A DNA stretch of 64,000 nt from Candidatus Gastranaerophilales bacterium (GTDB taxonomy: Bacteria > Cyanobacteriota > Vampirovibrionia > Gastranaerophilales > Gastranaerophilaceae), in assembly GCA_944324855.1 (NCBI GenBank), contig CALUXY010000001.1, positions 11,117 to 75,116 on the forward strand, read 5' to 3'. The position numbers were made by a program, and so were the translations under genes. The notes under the pieces are model-generated. The model had not been told where the DNA came from. It was given only the letters and a program-made list of their open reading frames with translations, and ran no database searches. This document shows positions 19,096 to 28,769 of this stretch, one piece after another (the first letter of the stretch is position 1; every line of letters starts with the position of its first letter).

Positions 19096-20655
19096 TTATT
19101 TCTTTTGCGATTTATCAGCAAGTTCGCTATCAAGCCTTAAAAATACCGGATGAATATCAGTCTTATCTATTAAATGACCGACTTTTACATTATCAAATTT
19201 TAAATCAGTCAATTTTGTTCCAATATCATAAGACAACTGATTTGCCATATCTTTTGCAATATTCGGGCAATATGGATAAATCAAACTTGACACAATACAC
19301 ATTGTATCAAGAACAGATGTTAAGACTTGTCCGCATTTTTCCATTTCTCCGTTTTTTGCTAACGTCCATGGTTCAGAATCTGTAATATATTTATTGGCTG
19401 CATCTACAAGCTGCATAATTTTTTGCCCCGCTTCTTGTATTTCAAAGTAATCAAAATGATGCATAACTTCTTTTACTGTTTGTTCCGCAAGTTTTGATAA
19501 ATCAGATTCAACCTTAAACTCAGGTTTTACATCTCCATCAAAGTATTTAACAAGCATTGACAAAGTTCTATTCAAAAGATTACCCATAGAATTTGCGAGA
19601 TGTGCATTAACTTTTTCTTTAAAATCTTCATCCGAATAGTTGCCATCCTTACCGCAAGGTGCAGCTGTTGACATATAATATCTGAACGCATCCGGATTAG
19701 TTAATCCAAACGATTCCAGAACAGATGTCGGAGAAATAACATTTCCCAACGATTTTGACATCTTAGTTTCATCAATCGTTATCCAGCCGTGAGCCAGAAT
19801 GTGTTTAGGTAATGGTAATTCTAATGCCATCAATATTGCTATCCAATAGATACTATGGAATTTAAGAATATCTTTTCCAATAACTTGAACATCTGCAGGC
19901 CATAAATTTTTATACTGCACTGACGGATTTTCTGTATCATAACCGATAGCAGTAATATAGTTCGACAAAGCATCTATCCAAACATAAATAACCTGTTCAG
20001 TGTCATCCAGTACATCTACCCCCCACGAAACATTAGATTTTGCACGGGAAACAGATATATCTTCTATATTTTCTAACTGGTTCAAAACCTCATTTGCACG
20101 AAATGCCGGAACTATAAAATCAGGATTTTGTTTTATGTGCTTTATTATTGCATCTTTGTATTTTGATAATTTAAAGAAATAATTTTCTTCGGATACAACC
20201 TCAGGCTTTTTAAGGTGGTCCGGACAAAGTCCGTCTTCTGTTAAATCTTTTTCATTAAGAAACGCTTCGCAGCCGCTGCAGTATAAACCGGTATAAGAAT
20301 GCTTATAAATATCACCTTTTTCTACAAGTTTTTTGAAGATTTTTTGAACAACTTTTTCATGAGACTCATCTGTTGTTCTTACAAAGTGATTGTATACAAT
20401 ATCAAGCGCTTTCCAGGAATCCTTAAACTTTTGAGAATTTTCATCACAGAGCTGTTTTGGTGTAATACCTCTTTCTGCTGCTGTTTTTTGAATTTTAATA
20501 CCGTGTTCATCTGTCCCTGTTAAAAAGAAAGCATTATCACATCTTTGTGTAAAATGTCTAAATATTACATCTGTTAATATTTTTTCGTAAGCGTGTCCGA
20601 TATGCGGAGCACCGTTAACATAATCAATTGCCGTTGTTATATAAAACTTATCCAT
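19096..20655 (-). CDS. metG: methionine--tRNA ligase
   Basis: HIGHAY and KMSKS class I signatures. Zn knuckle CSGCEAF...CPDH. Confidence 0.9.
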   Translation of the reverse strand: MDKFYITTAIDYVNGAPHIGHAYEKILTDVIFRHFTQRCDNAFFLTGTDEHGIKIQKTAAERGITPKQLCDENSQKFKDSWKALDIVYNHFVRTTDESHEKVVQKIFKKLVEKGDIYKHSYTGLYCSGCEAFLNEKDLTEDGLCPDHLKKPEVVSEENYFFKLSKYKDAIIKHIKQNPDFIVPAFRANEVLNQLENIEDISVSRAKSNVSWGVDVLDDTEQVIYVWIDALSNYITAIGYDTENPSVQYKNLWPADVQVIGKDILKFHSIYWIAILMALELPLPKHILAHGWITIDETKMSKSLGNVISPTSVLESFGLTNPDAFRYYMSTAAPCGKDGNYSDEDFKEKVNAHLANSMGNLLNRTLSMLVKYFDGDVKPEFKVESDLSKLAEQTVKEVMHHFDYFEIQEAGQKIMQLVDAANKYITDSEPWTLAKNGEMEKCGQVLTSVLDTMCIVSSLIYPYCPNIAKDMANQLSYDIGTKLTDLKFDNVKVGHLIDKTDIHPVFLRLDSELADKSQKK

Positions 20656-20695
20656 AGTTATAATTACCCCTCTTTTGAGGTAATTATATCACAAA

Positions 20696-21430
20696 CTAAG
20701 CAATATTATTGATATTATTTTTAGCATTATTTAATTCGTTAAAGCTTTCTAAAACATTCCTGGAGTAACTTGTAGAACTTACCCCTTTTCTCAGACTTCT
20801 TTTAGCCCCTGTAATACCTTGATTATATGCCATTAATGCTTTTGTATGATTTCCATCAAACTCATCTAAGCATTCTCTGTATATTTTACAACCTGTTGCA
20901 ATATTAGTTTCGGGATCATATAAATTCCCTTTATTAAAACGTGGATTAACTTGCATTAAACCTATACAACCAACATATGATTTTGCATTTGGATTAAATG
21001 AAGATTCTCTAAATATTATTGCCTTTACTAAATTAGGCTCAATATCGTACATTCCTGCATATTTTAAAATTAATGAATCATATTTATCCGAATATCCTTC
21101 TTTTGTAGATAATTTTAATGGATCTTTTGGGGTTCCATCAACAGGCCAAGCGGGTTTATACATAAAGTCAGATCCCCATACATATTTATCTTGTTCTGGT
21201 TTTAATTCATCAACACAATTAAATACTGAACCATCTTCATTATATGTTTCGCCGTAAAACTTAAACGTATTATTTTCTATTGTTGAACAAGCTTGATTAT
21301 ACAAACGTTGTTCTCTACCGCTATTTACAAATTGATCCTCATTACCGCCAAATTCCTTTTTGTCGCACATGGCTGCAATTGTTTTGTGAATTCCCGATAA
21401 AGTAGAAAAGCTTATATGTTTTTCACTCAT
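20696..21430 (-). CDS. SLT-domain lytic transglycosylase without recognisable signal peptide
   Basis: IFRESSFNPNAKSYVGCIGLMQV and AYNQG motifs of the SLT (GH23) family. The N-terminus is hydrophilic. Confidence 0.7.
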   Translation of the reverse strand: MSEKHISFSTLSGIHKTIAAMCDKKEFGGNEDQFVNSGREQRLYNQACSTIENNTFKFYGETYNEDGSVFNCVDELKPEQDKYVWGSDFMYKPAWPVDGTPKDPLKLSTKEGYSDKYDSLILKYAGMYDIEPNLVKAIIFRESSFNPNAKSYVGCIGLMQVNPRFNKGNLYDPETNIATGCKIYRECLDEFDGNHTKALMAYNQGITGAKRSLRKGVSSTSYSRNVLESFNELNNAKNNINNIA

Positions 21431-21499
21431 AATCCTTAATCCCCCGTATTTATATAAAGTATTTTTTGGAGGAATAATTGACTTTTTTGTTACGAAATA

Positions 21500-23533
21500 T
21501 TAATAAATACCGTTTAATGTGTTAAGAGCTTGTGCTTCTGCTTTATCTGCCCTTGCTAAAGCTTCATCAATCATTGCACGATTTGTTGATTGAATAGAAT
21601 TTGTAACAGGAGCCTCTGACGGAATATATTCTCTGTGCTCTTTGTCATAAGGACTTACCATACCTTCAATTTCACAGTCCTCTGACGGTATATATCTTTC
21701 TTCCGGAGGGTTGATAACATGATCACCATTTACTTCTCTTTTGATTAAATTGTCATCTGGAAGAGTATTAATATCAACCGGTTTTGATTGAGGTACAGGC
21801 TGTGAAGGCTGCGGCTGAGAATTTGGAATATTTTGTACGGTTTGAGGATTTACTCCTTCTTTATTTACCCCCTCTTTATTCCCCCCTTCACCTTCTTCTT
21901 CGGGTTCATAAGGATGACCGAATATTGCACTTGTACAGCTTGAAATGAGTTTATCGACAAGAGGAGAAACTGCTAACATGTAGATTGCGAATCTTAAAGG
22001 ATAGCCGATAGCATTTTTGCCTAAAATAGGAAGCTTTCTTGTAAGATTTCTCATTATTGCTCCAGTTTTAGCAGAACCTTTTAAGCCTTTGGTTACTTCT
22101 TTAAACGCAGGTTTTGTTTCAAGAGCAATGCCGAGGAATGAACCAAGCTTTCTCAATCCTTTTACGAATTTTGACTGATTCGGTACATTTTTCATTTGTT
22201 GTACAGCTTTCCAGGCGGTATCGTAGGCTGCTTTATCTCCGAATGCTCCCGCTTTTGCCATACGTTCAAAGTTTCTTAATGCAACTCTGTATCTTCCGAC
22301 TTGCATTTTACTCATGCCGGTATACTGAATACCGTTTATTCCGTGCATCAATTTAATTGCAAGAGGCATTGAAAGAATCCAGGATACAGCATCAACTCCA
22401 CCCGCAACAGCAGTTCCGATTTTTTGTTCTTTTGGGGCTTTCACTGCGTTATAAAGAGCAGTGCCTAAACCTAATGCAACCATGCCGGTACCGAGTTTAC
22501 CACTGTTGAATGTTAAACCGCGCATTATTACTTTTGGAGCTTTAGCAAATAATTTCCCGAGTTTTGTTGTATGTTTTGTGTCAGAAATTAATTTATTATA
22601 ACTCATTGAAAGATTTGTTGAACGTTTAGTAAAGTATTTCAAGAATGGAATACCTGAATAACGCCCAAATGTTGCTTTTATGTTTTTTCCGCCTCGACGG
22701 CAAGCTTCTATAATTGCTTTTTCATTTTTTACCGGATTGCTTAGAACTTCTTCATAAGTCTTAGGGTCGAGTCCTAAGTGTTTGATTTTCATTTCTTTAA
22801 GAGTTTCTGCAATCTTATCAGGAGCCAATGTATCAATAAAGTTTGCAGGCGCCCCTATTCTATTAAATTGAAGTTCCTGTAAGGCTGTTTTAAGGTTTTT
22901 AACCCTGCCGAACATATCTGTTCCGTATTTAGCTTTTAAAGCTTGAATTTCTGCTTTTGTTGCTCCTGCTTCTTTTAAAGTTCTTGGTGCCCCCTTACCG
23001 AGATATCCTTCGATAGTATGCGCAGCTTCTTTCAAATCAGCATGCTGCTGTGTTTCCATATTACTTAAAACTAGCTTGTCTTCTGGTTTTGTCGGTGTAT
23101 TGAACATTGCACTCAAAATAGGTTTTTTATTTATAAAGTTTTTAAAACCTGCTTTCATTGCTGCAAAATTGGATCTTAAAGAAACGACAAACTTACTGGA
23201 TCCATATTTGTTATTAAATTTAGTTGAGATTTTATCACCCAAATTTCCGCATCTGCCTACGATAGTTTTATCATAATTATCGTTCGTACATACTTTGTTG
23301 AATAAATCCATTAGTTTATTCAAACCAAACCAGGATCCTAAGATAAATAAAGTCTTTATGTTATCTTTTTTAGGCGGATTTTCTCCATAAGTATCTGTCT
23401 GAGGAGTAGTATCAACAGTTTGTTTCCCGGTAGATGTTACGGGACTCCCTATATAAGGCTGATATCCTGTTTGAGGTACAGCTTGCGACTGTTGATGTGT
23501 TTTTACATAATCATTAATTAAATTCCCAGACAT
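21500..23533 (-). CDS. hypothetical large membrane protein
   Basis: 677-aa ORF with several hydrophobic segments (e.g. GTGMVALGLGTALYNAV, AVSWILSMPLAIKLM). It has an EGVNKEGVN repeat and a P/Q-rich C-terminal region. The N-terminus MSGNLINDYVKTH resembles that of the 34645-35421 ORF. Confidence 0.5.
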   Translation of the reverse strand: MSGNLINDYVKTHQQSQAVPQTGYQPYIGSPVTSTGKQTVDTTPQTDTYGENPPKKDNIKTLFILGSWFGLNKLMDLFNKVCTNDNYDKTIVGRCGNLGDKISTKFNNKYGSSKFVVSLRSNFAAMKAGFKNFINKKPILSAMFNTPTKPEDKLVLSNMETQQHADLKEAAHTIEGYLGKGAPRTLKEAGATKAEIQALKAKYGTDMFGRVKNLKTALQELQFNRIGAPANFIDTLAPDKIAETLKEMKIKHLGLDPKTYEEVLSNPVKNEKAIIEACRRGGKNIKATFGRYSGIPFLKYFTKRSTNLSMSYNKLISDTKHTTKLGKLFAKAPKVIMRGLTFNSGKLGTGMVALGLGTALYNAVKAPKEQKIGTAVAGGVDAVSWILSMPLAIKLMHGINGIQYTGMSKMQVGRYRVALRNFERMAKAGAFGDKAAYDTAWKAVQQMKNVPNQSKFVKGLRKLGSFLGIALETKPAFKEVTKGLKGSAKTGAIMRNLTRKLPILGKNAIGYPLRFAIYMLAVSPLVDKLISSCTSAIFGHPYEPEEEGEGGNKEGVNKEGVNPQTVQNIPNSQPQPSQPVPQSKPVDINTLPDDNLIKREVNGDHVINPPEERYIPSEDCEIEGMVSPYDKEHREYIPSEAPVTNSIQSTNRAMIDEALARADKAEAQALNTLNGIY

Positions 23534-23617
23534 AATATTCCCTGATTAGATTAACTTAACTTAATTATATAAAAACATTTTTTTCTGAATTATTGCGGAA
23601 ATGTTAAGCTATGTTAA

Positions 23618-24133
23618 CTAATCATCAGTAGTTGATGCAGCCAAAAGTTTGTTAATATCAGATTTCATAAGGCTTCTCAAGTCACCTTTAAGTTTAAAAT
23701 ACTCGGCAAATTTCGGGGTTGTTTTTATGTTAAACGAACGGCCGTTTTTATCCTTGGTTCTTGATATCAAACCTTTTTCAAGGAGTTCTTGCACATGCTC
23801 ATACGCATTTGAACGTAATTCCTTTAAGTAAGATTGTCTTATCGGTTCCTTTAAAGCTATAACCGTTAAAGTTTTTAATACCGGAGGCTTTAATTCAACC
23901 GGGCACAATTTTTCAACAATATCAAGATGTTCTTCTTTTACCTGCAGGATATACCCGTCCTCATCATCAATTTCTAAAGCTCCGTCACGGGAAGCATAAT
24001 CCATAATCAAATCAAGAAGAGCCTCTTCAACTTTCTCCGGAGATTCTTCTAATATTTCTGAAATATCTTTTATTTGAAGGACTTTATTAGTTACAAATAA
24101 AACCGCTTCAATTCTTGATTTCAACTGTTCCAT
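23618..24133 (-). CDS. scpB: segregation and condensation protein B
   Basis: IEAVLFV start and tandem winged-helix pattern. It overlaps the scpA stop. Confidence 0.8.
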   Translation of the reverse strand: MEQLKSRIEAVLFVTNKVLQIKDISEILEESPEKVEEALLDLIMDYASRDGALEIDDEDGYILQVKEEHLDIVEKLCPVELKPPVLKTLTVIALKEPIRQSYLKELRSNAYEHVQELLEKGLISRTKDKNGRSFNIKTTPKFAEYFKLKGDLRSLMKSDINKLLAASTTDD

Positions 24134-24998
24134 TCTGTCCCTCTACAATATTGTCAACCATACCGACAACAGAATCAACCGAATCCTGCAGAGCACTTGC
24201 AGCAATTATTTTATCCGTATCGGATACGTGCTCACGTTTTACTACATACAAATCAGAATAAAACTCATCTTGTACTAAATCATAATCACTTTCTGCGGTC
24301 AAAAACAAAAGTGAAATATATGCAGAAATTTTATCCATTCCAAGAAGTGTTAATTCATTCAATTCTATTTTATCCTGACGGTTGAGAATTTCATCAAGGT
24401 TTGCACGTAAACGTTCAACACCTTGTTCAATATATTCATCGTGTGCAAGATTAATAATATCCTCAGGTGACAAATTTGAATAATTTTTAACCCGGCGTTT
24501 GGCTCTCTCATGTGCATTTTTTAATGATTGCTTCTTATCAAGCATTTCATAAAATTCCAACTGTCTGATTAAATCCCGTAATGTCACAACCCTATTATGA
24601 TTTAATCTTACACTTGTTCTTCTTTGCAGAACTTCGTCTATTGATACAACATTATTTGTCGGAATATACTCTTCTCCATAATCTAACGTGTCATCATCAA
24701 AACCAAAATCCGGTTCTTCAGGCTGCGGTTCGAAATCTGATAACTCAACTCCTTCCAGAATATTTGATTTCAACTTGAGAAGTATTGATGCAAATAACAA
24801 TGTACGCCCCGTCAAACGTAAATTTTGGGCTTTGCTTTGAAACAAATGAGTCAGGTATTTATCCGTAACATCAATAATATCAATATTCCACGGATCAATC
24901 TTTCCTTGTTTTGCCATCTGTACAAGGATTTCAATACCGTCAACTTCTTGATTCGGAGTATTTATATTATGAAAGTCTAATTCAAATGCCTCTGTCAT
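24108..24998 (-). CDS. scpA: segregation and condensation protein A (kleisin)
   Basis: GKIDPWNIDI motif and operon position smc-scpA-scpB. I chose the ATG at 24998; an in-frame TTG at 25007 is the listed alternative. No SD is seen upstream. Confidence 0.8.
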   Translation of the reverse strand: MTEAFELDFHNINTPNQEVDGIEILVQMAKQGKIDPWNIDIIDVTDKYLTHLFQSKAQNLRLTGRTLLFASILLKLKSNILEGVELSDFEPQPEEPDFGFDDDTLDYGEEYIPTNNVVSIDEVLQRRTSVRLNHNRVVTLRDLIRQLEFYEMLDKKQSLKNAHERAKRRVKNYSNLSPEDIINLAHDEYIEQGVERLRANLDEILNRQDKIELNELTLLGMDKISAYISLLFLTAESDYDLVQDEFYSDLYVVKREHVSDTDKIIAASALQDSVDSVVGMVDNIVEGQNGTVEIKN

Positions 24999-25007
24999 TG
25001 TAAACAA

Positions 25008-25051
25008 GTGAATAAGTGATTTTATAGTGAGCAGTGATTAGTGAATCGTGA
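25008..25051 (-). repeat. six GTGA (mRNA sense UCAC) motifs, four at 7-nt spacing, in the smc-scpA spacer
   Basis: GTGA occurs at 25008, 25016, 25027, 25034, 25041 and 25048. GTGAGCAG occurs twice (25027, 25048). Confidence 0.7.
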
Positions 25052-25081
25052 GCAGATCACCACATACTTGCTAATAATTAC

Positions 25082-28000
25082 TTATTCCTCCTCCTCTCTT
25101 AACTTCACACCTGTAACTTTAGAAATGCCTTTTTCTTTTTGTGTTACACCTATTGTCCTATTAGCTGATTCTATCATAGGTTTCCTGTGACTAACTACTA
25201 TAAATTGCGTATCTTTTGATTGAGTTTGAACAATATGTGCTAATTTTTCCACATTAATACCGTCCAAATTCGCGTCAACCTCGTCAAAAGCATAGAACGG
25301 AGCCGGCATGTACCTTTGAATTGCAAATACAAATGCCAGTGCTGTCAATGATTTTTCACCGCCTGACATACCTTCCAGACGTTGTTTTTTCTTATCTCTC
25401 GGCTGCGCCTCGATAGTTAACCCGCCGGTAAATGGTGCCTCAGGTTCCTGCAAAATAAGTGTTCCTTCACCATCTGACAACTTATGGAAAATATCTTTGA
25501 AATTATCATTGATATTGTTATATGTTTTCATGAACGCTTCTTTTTTATCTTGTTCATACCCGCCCATTTTTTCTAACAATTGCAAACGTTCTTTCGTTAA
25601 TGTTTCAATCTGTTCTTTCAAAACAGTTTCTCTTGATAAAACTTCTTCATATTCCTCTAAGGCACGCATATTGACATTACCCAAATCATCCATACGTTTT
25701 GATAAACGCTGAATCTTGGCATTAATTTCTTCCTCGCTCATCTCAGGCGGTGTCAAATTGGAAACCTCAATCCCCGCAGTTTCTAATTCTTGTCTGACTT
25801 CATCCAGCTGCGGTTCAAGTTCACGCCTTCTTGCCTTAAATGACTCTATTTGTTCAGATATATTCTCTATCTCCGAAATTTTTAAATTCTTTTTAGTCCT
25901 CAAATCAATAAGTTTGTTATTTATTTCATCTCTTTCTTTTAACAGAGTTCCTAATTTTTCTTTAATCTCATTAATTTGAATTTCGTATTCTTCAAGTTTT
26001 ACCTTTAAACCTTTTATATCTTCCAACAATTGAACTTTATCTTTTTCACTGTCTTCGTTATTTTTGATAGCACGCTCGATATTTTCTTTGTGTGTTGCAA
26101 TTGTTGTTTCGTTAAATGAAATACGTTGTTTAGCAACAGTAATATCGTTATTTGCATTCAGTTTCATTGTCTCAAGACGTTTAATTTCGTGTTCAACACC
26201 TTCTGTTTGTTCTTTGAGTTTTTTCAAATCCCCTTCATTCATCAATTTTTCAATCTCGTCTATTTGAGATTGGTATTCAGCTTCTTTTTCAAGGAATTTT
26301 ACATGTTCCGATTCCATTTTATCTAATTCTGCAGAAAGTTTAGCTATTAATGGTTCTGAATCTTTTATCAGTTGTTCTTTTTCCTGATATTGAGATTGAG
26401 AAGACTCGTAATTGGTTGTCAAAGATGCAAGTTCAACTTTCGCTTTTGAGCATTCGTTCATTGCATTTGAATAATCCGTTCTGACTTTTTCAAGTTTTTC
26501 TTCAAGCTCTTTTTTCCTGGAAACAAGTTCTTTACGCTTTGTTTCAAGTTCTGCAAGTTTTGACTTGTATTTTTCAAGTTCATCATCGTCATTAACCGTA
26601 AATTTCAGCCCTGTACGTCTTTGAGAACCGCCGGATATTGATCCGGATTTTTCAAAGAGTGAACCATCAAGCGTTACCATTCGGTATTTCCCGATAAGTT
26701 TTTTTGCAACATGACGGTCTTCGACAACCAGAGTTTCACCGACCGCATAATAAAACGCATTCAAATACTCATCATCAAAATCTATAAGATTTATTGCAAA
26801 ATCAATAACACCTTTTTCTTTTGGCAGATTTAATCTGGAAGGTGCTTTAATAACCCGATTCAACGGAATAAATGTTGCACGTCCTGCGTTCGATGATTTT
26901 AAGATTTCAATTGCACGGGAAGCAACATCTTCATCATCTACAACAATATGTGACATCCTTCCGCCAACAGCAATTTCAAGAGCCAGAGAATACTCTTTAG
27001 CAACGTTCCCCAGTTTTACTAAAGGAGCATGAACCCCATCCAAATGAGCATCCATAACAGTTTGAACAGTATGTCCAAGGTTTGCCTCTTCTGATGCCTG
27101 TTTATTCGCCTCCATCATATAGATTTTTTTGTTTGCAGCCTGAATATCATACTCAATATCTTCAAGTTCGTTTTTAACAATATCCAAATCACGCATTGCA
27201 CTCTGTTGAATCATTTTGCAGTCAGAAAGCTCTTGAGTCAGTGTTTCAACCTGCAGAGCTATTGACTCTTTATTAGCCGTATAATTAGATTTTAGGGCAT
27301 CAAACTTTGCAAGTTGAGATTTTGCATCCTCCAGGGTTCTTTTAAGGTTAGATAATTCAGCCTCTTTAGGTGCCTGCTGCTGGATAAGCGCGGTTTCTTT
27401 GTCTTTTAATTCTTCAAGAGTTTTTCTTAACTCGTTTCTTTTATTAAGCTGCTGTTCCGCATTCTCGCTTAAACCTGTCATATCTTCGTTTATTTTACGA
27501 AGTTGAGCTTTTTGTTCTTCAATATCAGATTCAAGTTTTTTTATGGTTTCTTCTCGTGCCTGAATAGTTAATTCTTCATCTTTGATTTTATTCTTTTGAA
27601 GTTCTATGCCGTTTTTGAACCCTTCAATTGATTTCAAACGGTCTTGAATTTGTTTGTCATTGTATGATATTGCCGATTCTTTTCTTGAAATTTCACCTTT
27701 GCATTCTTCAGCCTGTTTTTGGACTTCTAGCTGATGCGTTTCTCCCTTTTCTTTTACAACAGCACAGATTTCTTCGTATTTTTGGTTAATAAGATTCAGT
27801 TGTTCATCCAAATCTTTTGCATTAACTTCTTCTTCTTTTTTCTTTTTGGTAAACGTCAGAATATTTTCGTGTGCTTTTTCTAAGTTCCCTCTTATATCAA
27901 AGAATTTTACGGTTGTAACCTGGCTTTCAAGCTGTGATTTTTCATCTTTTAACTTTTTGTACTTTAGAGCGACTTCTCTTTCTTCTTTCAACTGTTCAAG

Positions 28001-28585
28001 ACGGTGTTCAACTTCACCCAATATCAAAGATGAATGCTGGACACGGTTATTTACGGTATCAAGTTCCCCTGTTGCCTGCTCGATTCTTCTGTCAAAATCT
28101 GCTACACCTGCAATTTCATCAATGATTTTACGTCTGTCCATCGGAGTGCAGTTTGTAATTGATAAAACATCGTTTTGCATCATAACATTGTAGCTGTTTG
28201 GAGTTATGTTATGGTTCTCAAGTTTTGCATGAATATCGGCTAGAGTTACAACTTTGTCATCCATATAGTAAATACTGTTGTACCCTTGAGATGATTTTTT
28301 GATACGACGTGCAACTGTGAAATCTTTACCGTCGTTTGTTTCTGAGAATGTAACTTTAACAAACGCTTCGTTACGTTTTGTATAAGTTGATATAAGGTGG
28401 AAAAGTTTTTCTGCACGCAAAGCACGAGAAGTTGACAGTCCCAGTGCAAAAAGGATACTGTCAATAATATTACTTTTTCCTGAGCCATTCGGACCGGATA
28501 TCGTTGTAAACCCTTTTAATAACGGAATATCAACTTTATTGGCAAACGACTTAAAATTGTCTATCTCCAGTTGTTTTATGTACAT
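25082..28585 (-). CDS. smc: chromosome partition protein Smc
   Basis: GPNGSGKSNI Walker A, long coiled coils with a central hinge, LSGGEKSLTALAF signature and FYAFDEVDANLD Walker B. Confidence 0.9.
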   Translation of the reverse strand: MYIKQLEIDNFKSFANKVDIPLLKGFTTISGPNGSGKSNIIDSILFALGLSTSRALRAEKLFHLISTYTKRNEAFVKVTFSETNDGKDFTVARRIKKSSQGYNSIYYMDDKVVTLADIHAKLENHNITPNSYNVMMQNDVLSITNCTPMDRRKIIDEIAGVADFDRRIEQATGELDTVNNRVQHSSLILGEVEHRLEQLKEEREVALKYKKLKDEKSQLESQVTTVKFFDIRGNLEKAHENILTFTKKKKEEEVNAKDLDEQLNLINQKYEEICAVVKEKGETHQLEVQKQAEECKGEISRKESAISYNDKQIQDRLKSIEGFKNGIELQKNKIKDEELTIQAREETIKKLESDIEEQKAQLRKINEDMTGLSENAEQQLNKRNELRKTLEELKDKETALIQQQAPKEAELSNLKRTLEDAKSQLAKFDALKSNYTANKESIALQVETLTQELSDCKMIQQSAMRDLDIVKNELEDIEYDIQAANKKIYMMEANKQASEEANLGHTVQTVMDAHLDGVHAPLVKLGNVAKEYSLALEIAVGGRMSHIVVDDEDVASRAIEILKSSNAGRATFIPLNRVIKAPSRLNLPKEKGVIDFAINLIDFDDEYLNAFYYAVGETLVVEDRHVAKKLIGKYRMVTLDGSLFEKSGSISGGSQRRTGLKFTVNDDDELEKYKSKLAELETKRKELVSRKKELEEKLEKVRTDYSNAMNECSKAKVELASLTTNYESSQSQYQEKEQLIKDSEPLIAKLSAELDKMESEHVKFLEKEAEYQSQIDEIEKLMNEGDLKKLKEQTEGVEHEIKRLETMKLNANNDITVAKQRISFNETTIATHKENIERAIKNNEDSEKDKVQLLEDIKGLKVKLEEYEIQINEIKEKLGTLLKERDEINNKLIDLRTKKNLKISEIENISEQIESFKARRRELEPQLDEVRQELETAGIEVSNLTPPEMSEEEINAKIQRLSKRMDDLGNVNMRALEEYEEVLSRETVLKEQIETLTKERLQLLEKMGGYEQDKKEAFMKTYNNINDNFKDIFHKLSDGEGTLILQEPEAPFTGGLTIEAQPRDKKKQRLEGMSGGEKSLTALAFVFAIQRYMPAPFYAFDEVDANLDGINVEKLAHIVQTQSKDTQFIVVSHRKPMIESANRTIGVTQKEKGISKVTGVKLREEEE

Positions 28586-28635
28586 ATAATTCCCTGTTGA
28601 GAAATTTAAACTCCCAATCTATCAACTACATACTA

Positions 28636-28664
28636 ATTACACACTAAATCAACAGGCATGTCAA
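28636..28664 (-). promoter_or_regulatory. sigma70-like promoter upstream of smc
   Basis: On the minus strand: TTGACA (28664-28659), 17-nt spacer, TGTAAT (28641-28636). Confidence 0.4.
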
Positions 28665-28769
28665 ATTGTTAAGAGGAAGGGGTAAATATAAGGGGTTGGG
28701 TTTCGGTCTACTCGTTTAGAGTCATAGATTTAATCTACGATTAAACGGTAGCAGTAGTAGACATTAAAA

